From Paraspadella gotoi (Eukaryota; Animalia; Chaetognatha): a DNA stretch of 64,000 bases. The stretch is taken from NCBI GenBank assembly GCA_051294375.1, contig CM119266.1, forward strand, positions 16,362,087 to 16,426,086, written 5' to 3'. The notes below the pieces were generated by a model that made no database searches, had not been told where the DNA came from, and saw only the letters and a list, made by a program, of their open reading frames with translations. The position numbers were made by a program, and so were the translations under genes. This document shows, in pieces, positions 26,651 to 34,300 of the stretch. How positions within the stretch are numbered: position 1 is the stretch's first letter; each line of letters opens with the position of its first letter.

Positions 26651-26899
26651 CAGGGTACGCTACGACAAACGCCTATGCCCTGCCACTTCGGGTACGCTCG
26701 ACAAACGCCTATGCCCCTGGGTACGCTATGACAAACGCCTATGCCCCACGACTCGCGCTCTCTCTCTCTCTCTCCCACTATGGTAACAGTCTTGTCAGAC
26801 ACCTCTCAGGCTTGAGGAACCTGAGTGATGTCTTGGCCGGGGATCCTGTGGCGGTATATTCACACCGCCTCACGTCCACCATCCTTCAGCCAAATCCAT

Positions 26900-26942
26900 T
26901 GGCTCAGAGGGAACACACCATCCCAAGTGTAGTGTTCCATCC
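26900..26942 (+). promoter_or_regulatory. Pol III-like A box / variant B box in the family-B LTR
   Basis: TGGCTCAGAGG (26900-26910) and GTTCCATCC (26934-26942) lie directly upstream of the twister. The B box is non-canonical and the spacing is short. Confidence 0.45.
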
Positions 26943-26966
26943 ACAGTCCTAACGACTTCCCTCTGC

Positions 26967-27046
26967 GTTGGCAAAGCGAGACCGTCCTAGGGTAACCGCG
27001 CCAGTACTGGAGGCGTCACTGAGGGTCGGAAGCCCCCAAAGCCAAC
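26967..27046 (+). ncRNA. P5-type twister ribozyme, family B (predicted cleavage 26993/26994)
   Basis: GTTGGC AAA GCGA GA CCGT CCTAGG G T^AA CCGC GCC AGT(G)AC-TGGAGGC-GTCACT G AGG GTCGGAAGCC CCC AAA GCCAAC. The CGG/CCG pseudoknot is compensatory relative to family A. Confidence 0.82.
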
Positions 27047-27161
27047 TGAGATGCCCCATCCCAATGGGCATCACAGGCAACCCGGCTGTTGCCATAAGCC
27101 ATAAGCCACTTATGGCAACGGGAGGATAGCCTGTGTACCCGGGCGCGGGGTATCTCACCAA

Positions 27162-27240
27162 CTGGCGTAGGGCTGCGGACCCTCAGTGACCGCCTCCTGT
27201 CACTGGCATGTTTATACCGGCACCGTCACATTTAAGCCAG
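27162..27240 (-). ncRNA. P5-type twister ribozyme, family A, in the 3' LTR of E2 (cleavage 27214/27213)
   Basis: Sense: CTGGC TTAA ATGT GA CGGT GCCGGT A T^AA ACAT GCC AGTGAC..GTCACT GAGGGTCCGCAGCCCT AC GCCAG. One C short in the P4 C-run. Confidence 0.78.
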
Positions 27241-27642
27241 AACCGGGATACCCGGGGATTGAACCCGGGACGCACGGATGGAATGATATGATTTAGCCTG
27301 CTCAGCAATTGAGACGAGGCTGAGGACGGACAGCAGTGAGGCAGCTTTAAGTCTTGCTGCCACAGGATCCCCCCACCAGACTTCTCCCACAGGGGCCTCA
27401 ATCCTGAGGAGATGTCTGAGAGAAGGTTTTGATCTCATTGCCATATGTGAGAGCGACAGGCGGCCAGCGAGCGAGCGAGTCTGGAGCGTTACCAAGAAGT
27501 AGGGCATAAGCGTGATATGCATACCCTAAGCGACGTAAGCGTGGGGCACGGTGCGCACGGTTGCGTGTTCGAGAGTAGGGCTCACCACTTATGGCAACGG
27601 GAGGATAGCCTGTGATACCCGGGGCGCGGGGTATCTCACCAA

Positions 27643-27719
27643 CTGGCGTAGGGCTGCGGAACCTCAGTGACCGCCTCTGTCACTGGCATGTTATACCGGC
27701 ACCGTCACGTTTAAGCCAG
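27643..27719 (-). ncRNA. P5-type twister ribozyme, family A, in the 5' LTR of E2 (a few lesions)
   Basis: Same motif 479 nt upstream of the previous copy, with a one-A deletion and substitutions in P2 and L4. Confidence 0.68.
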
Positions 27720-27734
27720 AACCGGGATACCCGG

Positions 27735-27787
27735 GGATTGAACCCGGGACGCACGGATGGAATGAGATGATTTAGCCTGCTCAGCAA
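27735..27787 (-). promoter_or_regulatory. Pol III-like A box and B box in the family-A LTR
   Basis: Sense TTGCTGAGCAGG (27787-27776) and GGTTCAATCC (27744-27735), the latter within a T-arm-like hairpin CCGGG-TTCAATC-CCCGG. The boxes are 31 nt apart, just upstream of the twister. Confidence 0.6.
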
Positions 27788-28503
27788 TTGAGACGAGGCT
27801 GAGGACGGACAGCAGTGAGGCAGCTTTAAGTCTTGCTGCCACAATATAATAAATTATATAAAGTTTTGACAGAATTGTGCCAGTGGAAATGAGTTTAGAT
27901 GGAAAAAACATAAGTACATTTACTTGAATCTTTAATATTAATGATTACTAATAAATGTTTTAATTAATTAATTAATTAATTAATGTGAAAAAATGATGCA
28001 AGTTAAAAGAATCTTAAAAGCATAAAGATCGTCGCAATTGCATAAAAAGAGAGAGAGAGAGAGAGTGAGAGAGAGAGAGAAGGAGAAATAAAAAAAATAG
28101 AGGATATTGTTTGTTTTGATAAAATGTAAACAAAACATATTTAATAACTGTCCTAACCCAATTTTTAGGACATCGATGATGATAAGTTGAATATAAATTT
28201 AAAAAATTAATATACATATTAAAATTAATTCATTAATTAATCGATTAATTAATTAATTAATTATCGTAGGCAGATCCGACATTGTTTGCTCAAACTTGTT
28301 TTATTACATAAATGTTTATTAATATAATGTTGTTCGTTCCTCACTTTTAGAATTTTAATTAAAGTTAAATTTAGAAATTTTACTACGCCTTAGTAAAGAT
28401 ACCTTAAAAGTTTTTATCGTTTTTAGTTTCACGAGTGAAAAACTAAAGAAGTGGATCAAAATCTGAAAAAAATGAATCAAATTTGGGATTCTGCTTCGTA
28501 ATC

Positions 28504-29038
28504 ATGAGTTCCGGAGGAGCCAGGAGGTAAGAAATAAAATCGTAATTACGTAGTTACCGTGATTAGCTACCTAATTTTCGTGTTATTACCAGTACCATGA
28601 GCGCGACCGTGAGAGCTGTAAAGAAGATATCCCGTCCCCTTCCCCCACGCGTCCCCCTCGTCTTGACACCCGCAGCAGTGGGTCGTGTTCGTCATCTTCT
28701 CGAGGCAAACCCTAACGCTTCTGCTCTCAAGGTCGGAGTGAAGACTAGAGGTTGTAACGGTCTTTCTTATACGCTCGATTTTGCCCAAGGTAACATCCGC
28801 CATTGATTTATTTTAAATATTTTTGTATTTAAGTTGCTTTTATCTAATTTTAGAAAAAGGGAAATTCGACGAAGAAGTAGAACAGGATGGCGTTCGAGTG
28901 CTGATCGATCGGAAAGCCCAGCTGTCACTTCTCGGAACTGAGATGGACTACATGGAATCGAAACTTGAGACAGGGTTTGTCTTTAACAACCCTAACATCA
29001 AGGGAACATGCGGCTGCGGCGAGAGTTTCAACATTTGA
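28504..29038 (+). CDS. ISCA1: Iron-sulfur cluster assembly 1 homolog, mitochondrial
   Basis: Exons 28504-28526, 28593-28789 and 28854-29038. LVLTPAAV...[19 protein letters not shown]...[32 protein letters not shown]...[20 protein letters not shown]. Confidence 0.95.
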
Positions 29039-29468
29039 CCTTTTCGTCGAAGTATGAAATTAGATTTATTTTATGATATTATATTATCGCTTTATCCTTC
29101 GCTAGTCAACTACATTTCGGAAAAAAAAGATAAGCTTTTTCTCTGTCGTTCAATTTTCTTGTCCAGCGCTATAATTCACGTTTCGGCCGGTCCGTCTGTT
29201 GGTTGGTCTGTCCCACTTACGTATTATATGCTAATAATTTGGGTAATACTTCATCAATTTAGACCGACGGCATGTCTGTCCGTCATATGAAATTTATACA
29301 ACCAATATAAGCTATCTTGCCTCCATCTCTCTTACAAGATAATGACATAGCAGGTCCCTTCAAGCTTTCCATCAAGCTCTCTCACAGTCTCGTTCATTCA
29401 CTCCCAGAGTACCTGGCTTCCTAATCAACTTTAGTAATACTTTATCAGTTTATAAGTTTATGTACCCT

Positions 29469-29695
29469 AATAGCAATAGCCGTGTTGCCTGTGATTCCCA
29501 TTGGGATGGGGCATCTCATTGTTGGCTTCGGGGGCTTCCGACACTCAGTGACGCATCCATTCACTTGCGCGGTTACCCTAGGACGGTCTCGCTTTGCCAA
29601 CGCCGAGGGATGTCGTTAGGACTGTGGATGGAACGAAACTCCTGGGATGGTGCGTTCCCCCTCTGGACGTGAGGCAGTGTGAATATACCGCCACA
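29469..29695 (-). mobile_element. Solo LTR of the family-B twister retrozyme-like element (E3)
   Basis: Starts at the same TGTGGCGG terminus (29695) and ends at a degenerate GCTATT. An internal deletion removes part of the A-box region. Contains a mutated twister at 29521-29601. Confidence 0.75.
29521..29601 (-). ncRNA. Degenerate family-B twister ribozyme
   Basis: GTTGGC AAA GCGA GA CCGT CCTAGG G TAA CCGC GCA ... GAGTGTCGGAAGCCCC..GCCAAC, with two core substitutions. Confidence 0.6.
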
Positions 29696-30567
29696 ATATG
29701 CATTAAACAATTATATAATCCGAATTTTTAATCTGCATAATTTATGAAATACTGAATCATTTTAGTTTATACTTATCAGACTGCTTCTTGTGCATATGTT
29801 TTATATTCGTTTCATGTGATACAGCATATATTGGTTGTTTTGCTTGAAACTTTACGTAATGAACCTGGGATATTCTTTCTTTTTCGTTATGTATGAGATG
29901 AGGAGGGGAGTTGTGAATAATGTAAAAAAATGGTAAAGGCTTGTATTAAAGCCGAAACATGTCCTTTTTTAAAAATAAAATTCTACGTTTGTAAACAATA
30001 AAAAACCTCTCTCTCCGAAGTAATAAACTATAAGTTGCGTATATTTTAAAATTGGGTCGTCACGTGATCATTAGGAAATACGCGACTTGCCGGTTCTTGT
30101 TATATATAAAATTAATTATATTTAAATGTCTTTTATTAAAAGTTTGATTATTATAAAGCTTATGTTTATTATAACTACTAGCGATAACAGACTGTTAATT
30201 AAAAAAAAAGCTGAAAATGTTTATGGTATTAACATTTTTCAAACGTTTGTTTCAAATCGAGGTAACCCAGATAGGTGAGAAAATATATACAGAAAATATA
30301 TGGACGTACTTAAGGGAGTGGTCCTTTATACAATTGGCAGATTCTTTGAAATATTTTACCACTTAATAGGAAACCCAGGCACTATGGAAGTGAATAAACT
30401 AGACTGTGTGAGTCTTGATTGAAAACTTGCAAGGTCCTGCTATGTTATTTTATTGTAAGAGGGATGGAAGACTTTACACCCCATAGCATGTCCAAGGTTA
30501 GTGACAAGATTGCTCATTTATTAAATGGATGGATAATTTATATATTGGTTGCATCAATTTCAAATAA

Positions 30568-30809
30568 TGTTATCGGGCATTGCCTAAGTTCACCCCGCCT
30601 ATAAGCATGTGACCCGGTGGCTCATGGAATAAAGCCATCAGCTCATGACCACTAGGTACCGGGTTCAATCCCAACCCGGTATATACCCTGCGGGAAGCGT
30701 GAGGACGGCCGTAAACCACCTTTGGGGCGTGTAAAACCCACTCGCCTGGTTCCAAGCCCAGGACCCGTTCAATGGCTGCTAGAGGGGGTTAAAGAAATTG
30801 CGGATAGCA
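30568..30809 (+). mobile_element. Solo-LTR-like element 'family C' (242 bp): 5' hairpin, tRNA-like A/B boxes, twister-like motif
   Basis: Termini TGTTATC...GATAGCA. The tRNA-like segment 30611-30680 contains TGGCTCATGG and GGTTCAATCC. Homologous to the 33261-33502 copy, including sequence upstream of the tRNA head. No TSD seen. Confidence 0.55.
30690..30768 (+). ncRNA. Degenerate P5-type twister ribozyme-like motif
   Basis: GCGGG AA GCGT GA GGAC GGCC G T^AA ACC ACC ..TGGG-loop-CCCA.. G CCTG GTTCCAAGCC CAGG A CCCGT. Canonical L4 and a TCC/GGA pseudoknot; the conserved GCC reads ACC. Confidence 0.55.
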
Positions 30810-31362
30810 CTCTTCACAAAAATATTATGCCCATTAGCACCCTAGACCATACAGATACATTCATATTTTTTGAGTGTAAAGTTGAAGAAAAAATGTTTAA
30901 TTTTTGTTCCGCAGTATCTTACCCTGTCGTCTTCCAAGAAAAAAACTTCCGGCGGCGATTTGCCTCGGGAATTATTTGGTGATTCATCGTTATATATCGT
31001 TATCTTATATGATATTTGATGCGTGATACTAATACGTAATCAATGCGACGTTTTCGACTTTCGATGTTATTTAATTGTATTGAAGTTGATCTCATGTTAT
31101 GTGATGTTATTGTTTTCTGACAGTTAATATTTTTCATGAAAACACGAGTTGCAGACTCATCCCAGAAATGCAATTACTAAACTAAGTACACTTTCGTTTT
31201 CTTTTCTCTGGTACAATTTTTTTTTTACTTTTCGGTAAATTTTATTTGACTAAGCGGAAGCGGTACTTATGACTCTAATTTACCGAAAGTTAACGACAAC
31301 TCTTTGATTGAAACTTAGATGCGGCGAAACTGACGAGGCTTGGAATTTTTAGTTTAACCAAA

Positions 31363-34300
31363 ATGTATTTGGGGCCCGGTCACAACGATCTGCCCCCCGG
31401 TTACTCCTCCCGTTATTCTCCGCCACCACTCGAACTACGGGCTCCTCCCCCGCCCGGTCCGCCTCCTTGCGCTCAAGAAGGGGCTCCCCTTGTTTATGAT
31501 TACAGCCACGGCGGGGAGGGACATCGTAACTCGCACGGTCGAATCCCTCGGCCCTCTAGTCCTCACTCGAGAGGGTCCTTCTCAGAATATTCAGACCGCC
31601 ACCAGGTTCATGATAGTTTCGATCGACGACTCGACCGGGCCGCTCTTCCTCCGCGACGGCCTAGATCCCCTGCGTACGAATACGCCCCTTCACCGTCTCG
31701 ACCACCACACGACGATTTTCCTTCTAGAGTAGCCAATATTAACGTTCAACATCGAAATCGCGGGCCTCCTCTCGCAACGCATGACGATCGTCGGGGTCAA
31801 CTTTCTCCTCGACGACGAATTCCTTCGCCTTCTGAATTGTATGGACCCCCGGAAACGCCTGGTCGCTACTATACGCCCTCCACAAAGGGCACACATTATG
31901 CTCATGTAAGACGAGGCTCTCCGTCTGCTCGAAGAGCGTCGCCTCCGAGGCATCGAGATTATCTCCCACTCCGCGACACCATTGACCATTTGGATGCTCG
32001 ACCGTCGACGCGACTACCGCCGCCTCCAAGTTACGAGCCGGACCGATCCCCTGCGCCAAGGCGGATCTCTCCGGCCCCGCCACGTGATTACTGTACGCCA
32101 AGACCGAAGGAGGGCAATTCTCTTTCAAAACACGAGTCTCCTTTGCCTCCTTACCGTAGAGTCAGCCCATCTTCCCCGTTTCAAGAGCCACCAGTTCGTA
32201 GAGCGTCCCCGCCACAGGCCTACAAGGATCCTGGCCCCCACTCTCCACCCCCTTCTCGACCGGGTCGTCGACTCACGCCGTCCCCATACCGATCACCGTC
32301 GCCGGAAAGAGAAGCCTTTGTTGGCCACGTCCTCGCCGAAGGCCGACGATCTAGGTCACGCGATCGTAATCTGACACAGTTTCGCGATGGCTACCGAGAT
32401 TCCAACGAGAGAATTCCGGAACAATTTCGGGATGACTACCGCGCTGCAGCGACGTCCAAGATGCCAACCCCACCTCGGTCCATGAAACACAGTAAGGCTC
32501 CTCGTAGTCCGAGCGGCAGCCCCTTTGAGGATACGTTGCGCAATTACCGAACCGAAAGAAAGGTCGCAGCTCCTATGCCAATGAAACGACCTCGTTCTCT
32601 CTCGCGAGAGCACAGCGTCGACAATTTCGCCGATTATCCTAAAGGAATTTGCAAGGAGTGGTTCGATACTGGAATCTGCCGCAAGCCCATTGGTGGCTGT
32701 TTTTTAGCCCACTCACTGCCGGAAAGTCCGCGTTCTAAACATAGAAGGAAAAAGCAGGTTTCGCGCGAGAGAGAGGGTGGAGTTGGATCGGCCGAAGGCG
32801 CAAGGCGGGGGGATAAAAAGACGGCCATTTACAATTATGACAATGAAGAGACTCCACGTGAGGAGGAACATGATGTCATGCACAGAGATCGACGGCGAGC
32901 TGACGTCGAAAAAAGGGAAGTCGATAAAAAGCTCTGTCGGGAGTGGGCCGTCGGAGCTTGTGATAACCCTGATAAAAAGTGCAAACGAAGGTAAGCGATC
33001 TCTCGTTCTTTTAACTAAGTTTTTCCTTTTTCCTAACACTGATTACTTTCTAGGCTTTGGAAAAAGTCAATTTATTTTTTTTTTTTTTTTTTGATTGTTT
33101 AAAAGTAAAAATAAATGAAACTTCAAAGAGAACACAGTTGGGTAATTAAACTATTTTCTTTGACCAAGCACGAACAAAAGGATTTTTCTTCCGATTACTA
33201 TAAATTACTTTGGTCCACGTTCGTAAATATTAACGGAAAATAATTTTTTCCAGAAACGGATGCAACTGCCGCAGCTGCGCCTCGCAAACGCTCTGATTTC
33301 GTTTGGGGTTGCTGCTTTTTTTCCAGTTCAGATTTTCTTCACTTTTGTTCCGATCGGACTCAGGCTTCCCTTAGGGGATGTACCGGGTTAAGATTAAACG
33401 CGGGATCTTGTGATCATAAGCTGATGGCTTTACTCGACTAGCCACTGGTTCTGAAATTGCAAGGTCTATTGGTGGGGTGAATCTGAGCAATGACCTCGTA
33501 CAATTCATTTTTCACGTTCCTTTCCATTTTTATTTCGTTTGACCTTGATCGTCCTTCCTTTCCTTCTCACTTTCCTCCATTCTCACTTTTTTGTTTTTAT
33601 TAGTTGGGACCTAAGTAGCAACTCGAAGCAACTCTATAATCTATATTATACTTCAGTGTCTATCGGGGTTTTTGCCTGTTTGTCAGTCTGTCCTATATGG
33701 GTATAATTTAATTTATATAGACGGAGTTATTTGGATTAATACTTAACTCTGATAGGGGCTGTACGATAAGACCCTTCTTGTACAATTTACATGTTTCATA
33801 ATTGAATAATCTCACGAATCAACAATTCATGAGTCGGGCCGCGAATGTTTTATTTTTTGCCTGTCACGTTTCTTTTTCTCTACAGCAGGCTTCATTTTAT
33901 AAAATGAGGTACCCCTTTTTTGTGACCAGAACACGTTCCGAGAAAACTACTGAATAAATTTTAATGAAAATTGTTATGAACGATCCCTATGTGAATACAA
34001 ATAGAACTATCGAGGCGAATTCCTATATTTGACCCCTAGGGGCCGATAGGGGAAAAAAATGTTAAATTTTTTTTCTTTTGAACAGTTGCACAGTCGTTTA
34101 CTTTTCCACAAAAACTTATTTATTACCACAAAAATATTAATTTACCAAGTTTCATCTTTATGAACATCATCGGTTCAAGTCAGAGTTGGAATAATTCGGG
34201 AAAATTGGGAGAAAAACGAACCATTCATCTTCAAACAAACGCAGCAAAAAATTTTTCAATTTTAGTTTTAAAAAAGATTTTTACATGTTTTAGACGTCGA

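Larger units (their letters stand above)
26461..27096 (+). mobile_element. Twister LTR retrozyme-like element E1 (chimeric: truncated family-A 5' LTR, family-B internal region, family-B 3' LTR)
   Basis: The 5' LTR remnant 26461-26615 ends GCCATA, then AG, then the PBS from 26618. The internal region runs to GGGGATCC (26846). The 3' LTR 26847-27096 reads TGTGGC...GCCATA. No meaningful ORF. Confidence 0.8.
27111..27843 (-). mobile_element. Twister LTR retrozyme-like element E2 (complete family A, 733 bp)
   Basis: Two near-identical 254-bp LTRs (27590-27843 and 27111-27364; sense TGTGGC...GCCATA), PBS at 27559-27587, a 225-bp internal region, and a PPT-like GGTGGGGGGATCC before the 3' LTR. Confidence 0.85.
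24681..28300 (+). mobile_element. Helentron-associated (HINE/DINE-1-like) element, interrupted by the twister-LTR elements
   Basis: Family core CACTTTGTCGGTCCGTCGG...(CCGT)n...TGAAATTTTGTGTGTGGGTAGGAAA. The family sequence resumes at about 27855 and ends with GCAGATCCGAC followed by the GTTTGCTCAAAC hairpin. Confidence 0.65.

Noticed and set aside
26653-26746. Three 27-28-bp direct repeats resembling a mini CRISPR array
   Set aside because: The spacers are only 9 and 2 bp and there are no cas genes; these are internal modules of the LTR element.
27320-27345. CTGAGGA as a hammerhead core on the strand opposite the twister (ambisense, viroid-like ribozyme pair)
   Set aside because: No stem II followed by GAAA downstream; I found no second-polarity ribozyme in the monomers.
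26617-27911. Short ORFs (66-111 aa) within the twister LTR elements
   Set aside because: Not preserved between copies (indels shift frames), with no gag/pol similarity; the elements appear non-coding.
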